DNA of 64,000 bases from NCBI GenBank assembly GCA_037443725.1, contig JBBINU010000004.1, positions 111,451 to 175,450 on the forward strand, given 5' to 3'. Numbering within the stretch: the first letter of the stretch is position 1; each line of letters begins with the position of its first letter. The notes beneath the pieces were generated by a model. That model did not search any database. It had not been told where the DNA came from and saw only the letters and a program-made list of their open reading frames with translations. Both the position numbers and the translations under genes were made by a program. Of this stretch, positions 28,619-39,747 are shown piece after piece. Source of the stretch: Actinomycetota bacterium. Its GTDB lineage: Bacteria; Actinomycetota; JBBINU01.

Positions 28619-30370
28619 CTAGTGAAGCAAAGCGCCCTCCCCCTCGCCCGCCGGCTGCCCCAAGGTTAGAGCCAGGCCGCATGCTGCCAAGCTCCTCCTT
28701 ACAGCCCAGCCGACCTCCCCCAGCGAAACATCGAGCCTCTCCCCTGTGGCCCGTATCTTCACCTCCGCTCTACCCTCCGCCACCTTCCTGCCGAGGATCA
28801 CCTGGACCGGAAACCCCACGAGGTCGGCATCGGCGAACTTAACCCCGGCCGAAGCATCCCTGTCGTCCAGAGCCACCTCGAGCCCCTCTCTTCCCAACTC
28901 CGCATAGACCCTCTCCGAGGCTGCGGCAACGGCTGGGTCCCGAAGGTTCAGAGGCAGGACCACCACGTGAAAAGGGGCGAGGGCGGGTGGCCAGACAATT
29001 CCCCTCTCGTCGCGGTGCTGCTCCACCACGGCGGTGAGGATGCGGGAGACCCCGATCCCGTAGCATCCCATGACCACCGGCCTCTCCTCCCCCCTCTCGT
29101 CGGTGAAAGTGGCCCGGAAGGGCTCGGAGTACCTGGTGCCCAGCTGAAAGACGTGGCCCACCTCGATGGCCTTCTGGAGGCCGAGAGGCGAGGAGCAGCG
29201 CGGACAGGGATCTCCCTCCTTGACCCCCGCCACGTCCACCCAGCCGTCTACCTGGAAGTCCCGACCCAGATTGGCTCCTCTCAGGTGGAACCCGGGACGA
29301 TTCGCCCCCGTGACCCAGTCGCGACCAGCTCTCACCCAGCGGTCGGCCAGGACCCTCACCCCTTCCAGGCCCACAGGCCCGGCAAAACCGGGGACAAGAT
29401 TCGGCTCGGCCTCGAAATCCGCCTCGCCGAGGAGCCGCACCGGCCCCAGAGCCCGGGCGAGCTTCGCCTCGACCACCTCCCTGTCCCCGGGGACGAGCAC
29501 GGCAACGGGCCCTCCCTCGGCCGCGTACAGCATGCACTTGAGCACCTGGGAGGTGGGAACGTCCAGAAGGGATGCCACCTCCTCTACCCGGAAAACTCCG
29601 GGAGTGGGGACCTCCTCAAGCCGCTGCGACCCCGGCCCCACATCATGGGGTTCCGCGGTCGTGGCCGCCTCCACATTGGCCGCATAGCCGCAGGAGGGAC
29701 AGGAGACAAAGATGTCCTCTCCGGCCTCGGCGAGGGCCATAAACTCGTGGTTCACGTCCCCCCCGATCTCCCCCGCCACCGCCTCCACCATTCGGAACTC
29801 AAGACCGCACCGCCTGAAAATGCGCGTGTACGCCTCGACCATGCGGGAGTAGGATTCTTTCAAGCCTTCTTCGTCACGATCGAAGGAGTAAGCGTCCTTC
29901 ATGATGAACTCCCGAGCCCTGAGCAGGCCGAACCGCGGCCGGAGCTCGTCGCGGAACTTGGTCTGGATCTGATACAGGATAAGCGGGAGCTGTCTGTAGC
30001 TGCTTATCTCTGCGGCCACCGTTGCGGTGACGAGCTCCTCGTGGGTGGGGGCGAGGCAGTACTCCCTCCCGGCCCTGTCCTTCAGCCGGAACATGAGGGG
30101 ACCGTACTCCTGCCATCGGCCCGCCCGCTCCCAGAGATCCCGCGGGTGGAGAGCGGGCATGAGTATCTCCAGAGATCCCTGCCTGTCCATCTCCTCCCTG
30201 ACGATGGCCTCTACCTTCGCAAGGACCCTTCTGCCCAGAGGCATGAAGGTGTAGACCCCGGCAGCCACCTGTCTCACGAAGCCGCCCCGGAGGAGTAGCC
30301 TGTGGGACGGGATCTCCGCCTCAGCGGGGTCCTCCCTCAAGGTTGGAAAGAAGTACTCCCTTAGCCTCAC
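28619..30370 (-). CDS. proS: Proline--tRNA ligase (bacterial type with INS editing domain)
   Basis: Class II motifs and 583 aa length. Confidence 0.95.
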   Translation of the reverse strand: MRLREYFFPTLREDPAEAEIPSHRLLLRGGFVRQVAAGVYTFMPLGRRVLAKVEAIVREEMDRQGSLEILMPALHPRDLWERAGRWQEYGPLMFRLKDRAGREYCLAPTHEELVTATVAAEISSYRQLPLILYQIQTKFRDELRPRFGLLRAREFIMKDAYSFDRDEEGLKESYSRMVEAYTRIFRRCGLEFRMVEAVAGEIGGDVNHEFMALAEAGEDIFVSCPSCGYAANVEAATTAEPHDVGPGSQRLEEVPTPGVFRVEEVASLLDVPTSQVLKCMLYAAEGGPVAVLVPGDREVVEAKLARALGPVRLLGEADFEAEPNLVPGFAGPVGLEGVRVLADRWVRAGRDWVTGANRPGFHLRGANLGRDFQVDGWVDVAGVKEGDPCPRCSSPLGLQKAIEVGHVFQLGTRYSEPFRATFTDERGEERPVVMGCYGIGVSRILTAVVEQHRDERGIVWPPALAPFHVVVLPLNLRDPAVAAASERVYAELGREGLEVALDDRDASAGVKFADADLVGFPVQVILGRKVAEGRAEVKIRATGERLDVSLGEVGWAVRRSLAACGLALTLGQPAGEGEGALLH

Positions 30371-31476
30371 GTCCCTCCCTTCGCCGCCAGCTTGAGAGCC
30401 TCCTCAACCAGAGCGTCGAGCATTTTTTCCCCGGGAACCACCCGGACCGGCTTCCCCCTCACGAAGATCTGGCCCTTCCCCTTGCCGGCAGAGAGCCCCA
30501 CGTCAGCTTCCCTGGCCTCACCCGGGCCATTCACGATGCAGCCCATGACAGCCACCCGAAGGGGAAGGCCCAGCCCGGAAAGCCTCGCCTCAGCCTCCCT
30601 GGCAAGGCTAAGGACGTCCACCTCGGCCCTGCCACAGGAGGGACAGGAGACGAACTCGAAACCCTTGGGTTTCAGCCCGAGGGCCTCGAGAATGGCCCTC
30701 CCGGCCACCACTTCCTCGACGGGGTCGGCCGTGAGGCTCACCCTTATGGTGTCACCGATTCCCTCGGCCAGGAGGATCGCCAGGGCCACCGCGGACTTCA
30801 CAAGGCCTCTCGGAGGTGGCCCGGCTTCGGTGAGCCCCAGGTGGAGCGGGTAGTCCGTCTTTGCCGCCAGGACCCTGTAAGCCTTCAGGGTCTCCAGAGG
30901 GTCATGATGCTTCACCGAGATCTTGATGGCCGAGAACCCCAGGTCCTCCAGGACCGCCACCTGCCTCAGGGCACTTTCCACCAGGGCCTCGGCCAACGGT
31001 CCTCCGTACCGCTCGAGAAGGTCCCGGTCGAGGCTCCCCGCGTTCACCCCAACCCTGATGGGCACCCCTCTGGCCATGGCCTCCATGGCTATGTCCTTTA
31101 TCCGATGGGGTGGATACAGGTTCCCCGGGTTCACCCGAAGACCGTGGACCCCCGCTTCGAGGGCGGCCATGGCGAACTTCCAGTTGAAGTGGACATCCGC
31201 AACGACAGGCAGGGTGCTCGCGTTCACGATGGCGGGGAGAGCCTCCACGTCGTCAGGATCGGGGAGGGCAACCCTCACTATCTCGCATCCTGCGGCCGCC
31301 AGAGCCGCTATCTGCTGGAGGGTTCCGTCTATGTCCGCCGTTTTCGTGGTGCACATGGACTGAACGGAGACGGGTGCTCCCCCCCCAACGGGAACCCACC
31401 CCACCCGCACCTGCCGACTCTTTCTCCGCGGCGAGATCACCTCCACCCGGCCATCACCTCTCTGTTCGCTAAGCAT
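30367..31476 (-). CDS. ispG: 4-hydroxy-3-methylbut-2-enyl diphosphate synthase
   Basis: GcpE TIM-barrel plus a C-terminal 4Fe-4S domain with CPSCGR. Confidence 0.9.
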   Translation of the reverse strand: MLSEQRGDGRVEVISPRRKSRQVRVGWVPVGGGAPVSVQSMCTTKTADIDGTLQQIAALAAAGCEIVRVALPDPDDVEALPAIVNASTLPVVADVHFNWKFAMAALEAGVHGLRVNPGNLYPPHRIKDIAMEAMARGVPIRVGVNAGSLDRDLLERYGGPLAEALVESALRQVAVLEDLGFSAIKISVKHHDPLETLKAYRVLAAKTDYPLHLGLTEAGPPPRGLVKSAVALAILLAEGIGDTIRVSLTADPVEEVVAGRAILEALGLKPKGFEFVSCPSCGRAEVDVLSLAREAEARLSGLGLPLRVAVMGCIVNGPGEAREADVGLSAGKGKGQIFVRGKPVRVVPGEKMLDALVEEALKLAAKGGT

Positions 31477-31489
31477 ATCCAGATCGACC

Positions 31490-32671
31490 TCAGCGGAAGG
31501 GGGTCGGGACCGGCCTCGCGATGTCGAGATAGAGCAGGAGCAGGGAGACGGTGAGGAGGATAGCGAGAACGGTGGCGGCCACGGGGACTACCTTCCTCGG
31601 GTCCACCGGCCTCCCCCGTATCCTCTCCACCGCCAGGAGCGCCAGGTGCCCGCCGTCCAGAGGAGGGAGGGGGAAGAGGTTCACCACACCCACAAAGACG
31701 TTCACCAGCGCAATAATCCCGAGGAAGTCGCCGAGGAAGCCTGCTCCGAAGGCCTCACCCGCCGCCCGCGCCGCCCCATATATGCTCACCGCCTCCTCAG
31801 GGCGGGCCCCGCCAGCGCCCAGCGCCTGGCCCACCAGGGCGGAGATGCCACCCGGGGAGAAGAGACGCACCACCCCGGCAACGGCGAGGACAGCCAGCCG
31901 GACCGTTCCCACGGCGGCGTCCACCAGGGCCCTTGGGGCTCCCACCTTCTCGTACACGAGCTTCTCGACCCTGGCTCTCACACCTAGAAAACCGACCACC
32001 CCGCCCTCTTCAGGCTGGGAGCCCAGCCGGGCTCTGAGATCGAGCCTGGTTCCGCCCCTCTCCACCGTGAAGGTGGCCTCCTGCCCCGGGTGAGACCGGA
32101 TGAAGGACCTCACCTCTTCCCAGGTGGAGACGGGCCTGCCATTGATGGCCACTATCCGGTCGCCGGCCCTGAAACCGGCCTTCTGGGCCGGCGTCTCCCC
32201 CTCGGTGGAGCTGGGAACTTCCGCAATGCGCGTTCCCACCACCACATCCACCGGGCCCCGCCCGATGAAGGCCAGAAGGGAGAAGAGGAGAAGGAAGGCG
32301 AGGAGAAAATGGGTGGCCGAGCCGCTCGCCAGGATTACCGCCCTCTGCCAGGGCCGGGCCCGACGAAAGGATTCGGGTCCCTCCTCGGGATCGAGGGGGT
32401 TCATCCCAAGGATCCTTACGTACCCTCCCAGGGGGAGGGCCCTCAAACCGAAGACGGTTCCCCCTCTCTCTCTTGCCCAGAGGACCGGGCCGAAGCCCAC
32501 GAAGAAGTGGGTCGCCCTCACCCCGAACCTCCTCGCGGCCAGATAGTGCCCGAGTTCGTGGAGGAAGATCATGAAGAGGACGGCGACGCCGAACAGCAGA
32601 TAACCGAGGGCGCTCAAGGAATCGCCTCCGCCATCCCCGCTATCACCCTTTCGGCTTCCCTCCTCGCCCAC
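31490..32671 (-). CDS. rseP: RIP site-2 metalloprotease RseP/YluC
   Basis: HELGHY zinc motif, a PDZ domain and multiple TM helices. The start is probably near 32617, given the overlap with dxr. Confidence 0.85.
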   Translation of the reverse strand: MGEEGSRKGDSGDGGGDSLSALGYLLFGVAVLFMIFLHELGHYLAARRFGVRATHFFVGFGPVLWARERGGTVFGLRALPLGGYVRILGMNPLDPEEGPESFRRARPWQRAVILASGSATHFLLAFLLLFSLLAFIGRGPVDVVVGTRIAEVPSSTEGETPAQKAGFRAGDRIVAINGRPVSTWEEVRSFIRSHPGQEATFTVERGGTRLDLRARLGSQPEEGGVVGFLGVRARVEKLVYEKVGAPRALVDAAVGTVRLAVLAVAGVVRLFSPGGISALVGQALGAGGARPEEAVSIYGAARAAGEAFGAGFLGDFLGIIALVNVFVGVVNLFPLPPLDGGHLALLAVERIRGRPVDPRKVVPVAATVLAILLTVSLLLLYLDIARPVPTPFR

Positions 32672-33774
32672 TCCAGAACCCCTTTCACCTCCTCCAGATC
32701 CGAGGGGCGGCTCGGGGAGTGTCGCTCGAGAACGCGCTCCACCACCGCCTCGATGCCGAGGAAACCGATCCTTCCGTTAAGAAAGGCCTCCACTGCCACC
32801 TCGTCGGCGGAGGCGTACACGGCGGGGGCCGTGCCTCCAGCCCTGAGAGCCTGGTAGGCGAGGGGAAGAAGGCGAAAGGTCTGCGTGTCGGGGGGCTCGA
32901 ACTCCAGGGAGAAGGGGGCAGAGAAGGAGATAGGCTGGGCAATACCCTCGAGCCTGTCGGGGTATGAGAGGGCATACGCCACGGGAAGGCGCATGTCCGG
33001 CTCGCTCACCTGGGCCAGAAGGCTTCCATCGGAGAGGAGAACCAGTCCGTGGACCCTGCCCTGCGGATGAACCACCACCTCCACCTGCTCGCCCTCGAGG
33101 CCGAAGAGGTGACAGGCCTCGACCACCTCGAGTCCCTTGTTGGCGAGGGTGGCGGAGTCCACCGTTATCTTCGGGCCCATCCTCCAGACCGGATGGGCCA
33201 GGGCCTCCTCCGGCCTCACCCGGGCAAGCTCCTCCCTCCGCCTGCCCCGGAACGGACCCCCCGAGGAGGTGATATACACCCTGCGCACTTCCCGCTCCCG
33301 GCCGGAAAGGCACTGGAAGAGCGCGGAATGCTCGCTGTCGACGGGGAGTATCCGCCCCCCCGCCTTCCTGGCTAGATCCACCACAAGCTCCCCCCCCACC
33401 ACCAGGCTCTCCTTGTTCGCCAGGGCCAGGGTCCTTCCCGCCTTGAGAGCTGCCGCGGTAACACCCAGCCCGGCCGTGCCGGCCAGAGCATTCAGCACCA
33501 CGTCAGCACCGTCCCAGCCCGCCAGCTCGAGAAGACCATCCTCTCCAGCGAGGACCTTCACCCAGGGGGCCTTCTGCCCCACCAGCGCGGCAGCCTCCGG
33601 GTCAGCCAGGGCCACCACCTCCGGCTTGAACTCCTCCACCTGGGAAAGGATCTCCCCCACCCGACCCCTTGCGGCCAGGGCCACCACCCGGAACACCCCG
33701 GGGTGAGAACGGATCACCTCCAGCGCCTTCCTCCCGACGGACCCGGTGGACCCAAAAACAGAAACCCGGCGCAC
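32614..33774 (-). CDS. dxr: 1-deoxy-D-xylulose 5-phosphate reductoisomerase
   Basis: N-terminal GSTGSVG NADPH motif. The ORF extends to 33885, but a GTG at 33774 preceded by GGGAGAA gives the canonical N-terminus. Confidence 0.9.
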   Translation of the reverse strand: MRRVSVFGSTGSVGRKALEVIRSHPGVFRVVALAARGRVGEILSQVEEFKPEVVALADPEAAALVGQKAPWVKVLAGEDGLLELAGWDGADVVLNALAGTAGLGVTAAALKAGRTLALANKESLVVGGELVVDLARKAGGRILPVDSEHSALFQCLSGREREVRRVYITSSGGPFRGRRREELARVRPEEALAHPVWRMGPKITVDSATLANKGLEVVEACHLFGLEGEQVEVVVHPQGRVHGLVLLSDGSLLAQVSEPDMRLPVAYALSYPDRLEGIAQPISFSAPFSLEFEPPDTQTFRLLPLAYQALRAGGTAPAVYASADEVAVEAFLNGRIGFLGIEAVVERVLERHSPSRPSDLEEVKGVLEWARREAERVIAGMAEAIP

Positions 33775-33790
33775 GGTACCATTCTCCCAG

Positions 33791-34198
33791 ATGCGCCCAG
33801 GCGGAGCTCGAGAGAGGAAAGGGGCGAGGAGGAGACCGCGAAGGCCCGAGCGGCCATGGCGGTGGAACACATCAGGGCCGCACACGGACCTCTCCCTGCC
33901 GGCCGGCGCCTACCCCTCGGAGGTGGACTGGAGGGCCGCCGTTCACAGCCTCGAGCATGGCTACGTAATCTTGGCCTACGGCGCCATCTCACCTGACGAG
34001 GTGAGAAGGCTGGAAGGGGCCTTTCGGGGGGAGAGGAAGCTCATTATCACACCCAAGGCCTCCCTTTCTCCGGGGGAGATGGCCCTGGTCAGCTGGAGAA
34101 GGCTCCAGCGCTGCAAAGGTTTGGATCTGGAGGTGGCTCGGGCTTTCATAAGGCAGAACCGGGAGTCCAGGCTGGCCCCCGAGCCCCAGGGGCCTTAA
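33791..34198 (+). CDS. DUF3105 domain protein
   Basis: TSGPHT ... AVHSLEHGYVILAY ... LSPGEMALVSWRRL pattern typical of DUF3105. The start is uncertain; the ORF GTG at 33746 would overlap dxr. Confidence 0.55.
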   Translation: MRPGGARERKGARRRPRRPERPWRWNTSGPHTDLSLPAGAYPSEVDWRAAVHSLEHGYVILAYGAISPDEVRRLEGAFRGERKLIITPKASLSPGEMALVSWRRLQRCKGLDLEVARAFIRQNRESRLAPEPQGP

Positions 34199-34206
34199 AA
34201 CGGGCC

Positions 34207-34638
34207 ATGAACATGCCCCCTTTTCGCAAGGATCCGAGGCAGACGCGAGGGAAGCCCGGAAGGAGCCTTGTGCTCGTTGAGTATCTTTACAGCCCCTCCT
34301 GCCCTTCCTGGAAGGAGGGGCTCACCCGGCTGCTCGAGGTTCTGGAAGAGGAGGGGCTCAAAGACCATGTGGAGGTGAGGAGGGTCCTCGTCCCCGACGA
34401 GGAAACAGCCGCCAGGCTCCGCTTTCCAGGCACCCCCACCTACCGAGCGCTGGGGGAGGACCTCTTCGGGGATACCCCGGCAGACCGCGGAGACCACGAG
34501 GCGTGCCGCGCCTACATCACCCCAGAGGGAAGGGTGAGCCCCATCCCCAGCCGTGCCATGCTGAAGGGGGCCGTAAGATCGAGGCTCCGACCGGCCGTGC
34601 AGGACCTTGGGGAAGGCCAAGGTACGGAAAGGAGGTGA
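34207..34638 (+). CDS. Thioredoxin-fold protein, DsbA-like, monothiol (SPSCPSW)
   Basis: Active-site-like YSPSCPSW and a cis-Pro loop FPGTPTY. 143 aa. Confidence 0.45.
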   Translation: MNMPPFRKDPRQTRGKPGRSLVLVEYLYSPSCPSWKEGLTRLLEVLEEEGLKDHVEVRRVLVPDEETAARLRFPGTPTYRALGEDLFGDTPADRGDHEACRAYITPEGRVSPIPSRAMLKGAVRSRLRPAVQDLGEGQGTERR

Positions 34639-34639
34639 C

Positions 34640-35182
34640 GTGGCCCGAATAGCCATAGGCGAGGCGATGATTCCCTTCGAAAACCTGCCAGGGGTGGACG
34701 GTAGGAGCTACTCGTCCGGGGACTTCTCATCCTCCCCCCTCCTCGCCCTGTTCTTCAGCTGCAACCACTGCCCCTACGTCCAGGCCTGGGAGGGACGGTT
34801 CGTCCAGTTCCAGAAGGAGTACGCGGACAGGGGGGTGCAGCTTGTTGCCATCAACTCCAACGACGATACCGCCTATCCTGAGGACAGCTTCGAGGCCATG
34901 GTGGCGCGGGCGAAGGAGAAGGGGTTCAACTTTCCCTACCTCCGAGATGCCGATCAGTCCGTGGCCAGGGCCTACGGGGCCGAGAGGACGCCCGAGTTCT
35001 TCCTTTTCGACAGGGAAAGGAGGCTCATCTACCACGGCGCCTTCGACGACAACTACGAAGACCCCGAGAAGGTACGGCACCCCTGGCTGAAGATGGCCGT
35101 GGAGGCAGCCCTGGCGGGAAGGGAGCCGGAGGTGAAGGAGACCCCGCCAGTGGGCTGCACCATCAAGTGGAAGAGGCGCTGA
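34640..35182 (+). CDS. Redoxin/AhpC-TSA family thiol-disulfide oxidoreductase (CNHC)
   Basis: FSCNHCPYV CxxC motif and a C-terminal GCTIKW. A GTG at 34640 follows the upstream TGA (34636-38) and has AAAGGAGG just upstream, which indicates translational coupling. Confidence 0.65.
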   Translation: MARIAIGEAMIPFENLPGVDGRSYSSGDFSSSPLLALFFSCNHCPYVQAWEGRFVQFQKEYADRGVQLVAINSNDDTAYPEDSFEAMVARAKEKGFNFPYLRDADQSVARAYGAERTPEFFLFDRERRLIYHGAFDDNYEDPEKVRHPWLKMAVEAALAGREPEVKETPPVGCTIKWKRR

Positions 35183-35189
35183 GGCGAGG

Positions 35190-36002
35190 CTATACCCAGA
35201 GCCGGAGGAGGTAGTACGCCGCGGGAGCCACAAATAGGATGGCGTCCACCCTGTCGAGGACACCTCCATGGCCGGGAAGGATGCTGCCCATATCCTTCAG
35301 TCCGAGCTCACGCTTGAGAAAGGACTCAGCCAGATCCCCAAGGGGTGCGAGGACGCCCACCAGGACGGCAAGAATCAGGGCCATGGATCTGTTGAAGGGC
35401 GGCACATACGGCCCTAAGAGGGCGGCAATAGCGAGGGCCACCGCGCACCCGCCTAGAGCCCCCTCCCAGGTCTTGGAAGGGCTGAGCCCGGGCGCCATAG
35501 CGCGCCTCCCCAGGGTTCTACCGAAGGCCAGGGCCCCCACGTCGTAGAAGGCGGTGAGGCCCACAAACCCCAGAAGGCCCCCCACTCCCCATCTCTCGCG
35601 GAGGATGAGGGCCACGAAGCTCCCAAGAAGCCCCAGATACCAGGGGCCGAGGAGGGTCGCAAGGAGGTTGGGGAGGCTCCTCTCAGAGGGCGGGGAGAGG
35701 ACGAGCCAGATGAACACAAGGAGGGTCGCCACGGCCAGGGCCAGAACCAGTCCCTCCACTCCCATCCGGTAGGAGGCGAGGAAGGCGCCGGCGATCCCGA
35801 GGATCCCGGGCAGGCGAGCCGGACGGTACCCTCCCTTTCCCAAGGAGGAGTAGAGCTCCAGACTGGCCAGGATGAGGAGGAGAAAGACGAAACCGGTCAG
35901 GGCCAACTTGTGAAGGAAGGCGGTGGCCAGCACCACCGCCGCCAGGACCAGCCCGGTCAGGATGGCCGGGAGTAGGCTCCGGCCGCGCCTGTCTTCCGGC
36001 AC
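35190..36002 (-). CDS. cdsA: Phosphatidate cytidylyltransferase
   Basis: CdsA C-terminal signature SxxKRxxGxKDxGxxxPGHGGxxDRxD. Confidence 0.85.
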   Translation of the reverse strand: MPEDRRGRSLLPAILTGLVLAAVVLATAFLHKLALTGFVFLLLILASLELYSSLGKGGYRPARLPGILGIAGAFLASYRMGVEGLVLALAVATLLVFIWLVLSPPSERSLPNLLATLLGPWYLGLLGSFVALILRERWGVGGLLGFVGLTAFYDVGALAFGRTLGRRAMAPGLSPSKTWEGALGGCAVALAIAALLGPYVPPFNRSMALILAVLVGVLAPLGDLAESFLKRELGLKDMGSILPGHGGVLDRVDAILFVAPAAYYLLRLWV

Positions 36003-36014
36003 CTCTCTCCGGCC

Positions 36015-36596
36015 CTAGCCCTCGAGGAGCTCCCTTTCTTTGGCTTCCAGAACGCGGTCCACCTCAGAGATGTACTTCTCGGTGAGCCTCTGCAGTTCTT
36101 TCTCGAACCTCCGGAGCTCGTCCTCGGAGATGAGCCCCTCCTCCTCCATCCTCTCGAGCCTCTCCTTCTCATGGCGGCGGACGTTCCTGATGGCCACCCT
36201 CCCCTCCTCCGCCCTCTGCCTCACCAACCTGGAGAGCTCCCTCCTCCTCTCTTCGGTGAGGGGCGGGAAGGCGAGACGGATCACCCTGCCGTCGTTGGAA
36301 GGGGTGACTCCCAGCTCGGAGGAGAAGATGGCCTTCTCGATGGCGGGGATGGCAGCCCGATCAAAGGGTTGAATCACGAGGAGCCTCGCCTCCGGGACGC
36401 TGAATGTGGCGAGCTGGGAGAGGGGAACCTGGGTACCGTAGTACTCCACAGGTATCCTGCTCACCAGGGCGGGCGAAGCCCTTCCCGTCCTGACACCGGC
36501 CAGGTCGTCGCGGGTCACTTCCACCGCCTTCTTCATCCTCTCTTCGGCTTCTTGAAGGACCCGGGCTGCCCCCTCTTCTCCCATGGCCACCTCCAT
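36015..36596 (-). CDS. frr: Ribosome recycling factor
   Basis: Frr motifs (IRTGRASPALV, VIRLAFPPLTEERRREL). Confidence 0.9.
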   Translation of the reverse strand: MEVAMGEEGAARVLQEAEERMKKAVEVTRDDLAGVRTGRASPALVSRIPVEYYGTQVPLSQLATFSVPEARLLVIQPFDRAAIPAIEKAIFSSELGVTPSNDGRVIRLAFPPLTEERRRELSRLVRQRAEEGRVAIRNVRRHEKERLERMEEEGLISEDELRRFEKELQRLTEKYISEVDRVLEAKERELLEG

Positions 36597-36610
36597 ACGG
36601 GCCCACCGAT

Positions 36611-37372
<762 letters not shown>

Positions 37373-38008
37373 CTAGGCCTCCTCCCCAAGGCGGAAGCGG
37401 GCAAACCTCCTCACCACGATGTTCTCGCCTGTCTTGGCCGCCACCTCGGCCACCAGGTCCCCCACCCTCCGGCCCTCGTCCTTGATGAAGTCCTGCTCGA
37501 GCAGGCAGTTCTCCCTGAAGAAAGCCTCCAGCTTTCCCTGGACTATTCTCTCCACGAGCTCGGGCGGTTTCCCCGCCGCCTCCCTCGCATAAAGGGCCTT
37601 CTTCGCCTCCACCACCTCGGGTGGGACATCCTCCCTTCGGACCCAGCGAGGATCCATGGCGGCCACCTGCAGGGCCAGGTCGTGAGCGAGCTGCCGGAAG
37701 ACATCGGTCCTCGCGACGAAGTCGGTCTCGCAGTTCACCTCCACCAGGACCCCGATCCTTCCATCGCCGTGTACGTAGGCTTCGACGAGTCCCTCCTTGG
37801 CCACCCGGGCAGCCAGCTTCTTCGACTTGGCAACACCCCACTCGCGGAGGAGGGCGCGGGCGGTATCCATGTCGCCGCCGGCCTCAGCCAGGGCGCGCTT
37901 ACAGTCCATGACTCCGGCACCCGTCTCCTCCCTCAGCCTCCTAACCTCCTCCAGGTTCGGGACGTAACCAGCAGACATGGGCCCCTCACTCCAGCTCGTC
38001 CTCATCAA
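37373..38008 (-). CDS. tsf: Elongation factor Ts
   Basis: UBA-like N-terminus [16 protein letters not shown]. Confidence 0.9.
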   Translation of the reverse strand: MMRTSWSEGPMSAGYVPNLEEVRRLREETGAGVMDCKRALAEAGGDMDTARALLREWGVAKSKKLAARVAKEGLVEAYVHGDGRIGVLVEVNCETDFVARTDVFRQLAHDLALQVAAMDPRWVRREDVPPEVVEAKKALYAREAAGKPPELVERIVQGKLEAFFRENCLLEQDFIKDEGRRVGDLVAEVAAKTGENIVVRRFARFRLGEEA

Positions 38009-38813
38009 TGGCCTCGGCCAGCCGTTCCGCTTCCTCCTCCTCCCGGAGCCTCACCTCCCACTCGGCCTCGGGCTCCGCGGCGGCCGTCTCCAGCATCTCC
38101 ATCTCGGGCACCCTCACACCTCGGGTCTGGGCAATCCACTGCCCCTCCCCAACGGCATCTGCGATGATTCTTGTGAGGAGCTGGATGGAGCGGATGGCAT
38201 CGTCATTCCCGGGGATAGGGTAGGCCACCTCGTCGGGGTCGCAGTTTGTGTCGAGAGGGGCCACCACCGGGATGCCCAACCGATTCGCCTCCCTCACTGC
38301 GATCTGCTCCTTTTTGGTGTCCACCACCCAGACCGCGGCCGGCAGGCGGTTCATGTCCCTTATGCCTCCGAGATACTCCTCAAGACGGGCCCTTTCCCTC
38401 CTGAGTCTCATCGCCTCCTTCTTCGGCAGAAGTTCCAGCACCTTCTCGGCCTCCATCACTTCGAGTTCCCTCAGCCTGAGGAGCCTCCTGTGGATGGTGG
38501 AGAAGTTGGTGAGGGTTCCACCCAGCCACCTTTTGGTCACGTAGGGCATCCTCACCCGCTTCGCCTGGGACTCTATGGCCTCCTGGGCCTGTTTCTTGGT
38601 CCCCACGAAGAGGACGAGTCCCCCTGCGGCCACGGCCTCCCGAACAAAGGTATAGGCTTTCTCAATACCCTCCAGAGTTTTCTCGAGATCGATGATGTGT
38701 ATGCCGTCCCTTTCCCCGAAGATGTAAGGAGCCATCTTCGGGTTCCACCTCCTTGTCTGGTGCCCGAAGTGGACTCCGGCCTCCAGAAGCTGCCTTAACG
38801 TGACGACAGGCAT
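37986..38813 (-). CDS. rpsB: 30S ribosomal protein S2
   Basis: S2 motifs ([19 protein letters not shown]). The start codon is preceded by GGAGGTGG. Confidence 0.9.
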   Translation of the reverse strand: MPVVTLRQLLEAGVHFGHQTRRWNPKMAPYIFGERDGIHIIDLEKTLEGIEKAYTFVREAVAAGGLVLFVGTKKQAQEAIESQAKRVRMPYVTKRWLGGTLTNFSTIHRRLLRLRELEVMEAEKVLELLPKKEAMRLRRERARLEEYLGGIRDMNRLPAAVWVVDTKKEQIAVREANRLGIPVVAPLDTNCDPDEVAYPIPGNDDAIRSIQLLTRIIADAVGEGQWIAQTRGVRVPEMEMLETAAAEPEAEWEVRLREEEEAERLAEAIDEDELE

Positions 38814-38982
38814 ACCACCTCCGGTTATCCCTCCGCCCGCCTCATCTCACCTCCGACCCGCGGCGAGCCCCATGCCTCCCCGCTCATGGCCTCCGCAGGC
38901 ACCCCGGAAGGTGATCAGCGAGCGTGTGTATTGCCAGCTCTCCCGGCGGCCGGAGTCTACCACACGCCGCCCCCCGCCAGGC

Positions 38983-39741
38983 CTAGCTCTCGAGCTCCGG
39001 CCTGAGTCTCGCCCTGAGCTGGAGGATGGCCCTGGAGTGAATCTGGGAGACCCGCGACTCGGTGACGCCCAGCACCCGCCCGATCTCAGCCAGGGTGAGC
39101 CCCTCAAAGTAGTAGAGGGCAATCACCAGCTTGTCCCGTTCGGGCAGCTCATCCAGGACCCTGAAGACAAGGTCGCGGACCTCCCTCGCCTCCATCCCGG
39201 CCGTTACGTCCGAGAGTCGCTGATCCTTCAAGGTGTCCAGGAGGCTCAAGCCCTCCCCTTGGCCGAGACCGACGGGCTCATCCAGGGTGACCACGGATGC
39301 CCGGGTCAGATCCTGGTAAAGCTGGCGGAGCTCCTCCACGCTAAGACCCATGTGGGAGGCGAGCTCTTCGTCAGTGGGGAGCCTCTGCAGCCTTCCCTCG
39401 AGCTCCACCATGGCCCTCTCTAGCTCCCTCGCCCGCGCCCTCAAGGACCGAGGAGCCCAGTCTAGGGAGCGCATCCCGTCGAGAATGGCGCCTTTTATCC
39501 TTGGCACGGCGTACGTCTCGAATTTGACACCTCGGCCGGGCTCAAACTTTTCTATGGCATCGATGAGACCCACCACCCCGTAGCTGGTAAGGTCCTCGGG
39601 GTCCACATTCCGCGCCAGGGAGGCCGCCACCCTTCCGGCCACGTACTTCACGAGAGGCGCGTAGTAGAGAATGAGTCTCTCGCGGGCCTCCTTGGATCCC
39701 TCCTCCTTGAAGGCCCGCCAGAGGTCCTGGACGGCGTCCAC
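38983..39741 (-). CDS. sigD: FliA/WhiG (SigD)-type sigma-70 family factor
   Basis: Regions 2, 3 and 4 are present (YAVPRIKGAILD, and the HTH LTLAEIGRVLGVTESRVSQI). 252 aa, lying upstream of rpsB as in B. subtilis. Confidence 0.8.
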   Translation of the reverse strand: MDAVQDLWRAFKEEGSKEARERLILYYAPLVKYVAGRVAASLARNVDPEDLTSYGVVGLIDAIEKFEPGRGVKFETYAVPRIKGAILDGMRSLDWAPRSLRARARELERAMVELEGRLQRLPTDEELASHMGLSVEELRQLYQDLTRASVVTLDEPVGLGQGEGLSLLDTLKDQRLSDVTAGMEAREVRDLVFRVLDELPERDKLVIALYYFEGLTLAEIGRVLGVTESRVSQIHSRAILQLRARLRPELES

Positions 39742-39747
39742 CGCTGC

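Noticed and set aside
33746-33790. GTG start at 33746 for the DUF3105 gene, as given in the ORF track
   Set aside because: It would overlap the divergent dxr 5' end (dxr GTG ~33774). The ATG at 33791 avoids the overlap. The start remains uncertain.
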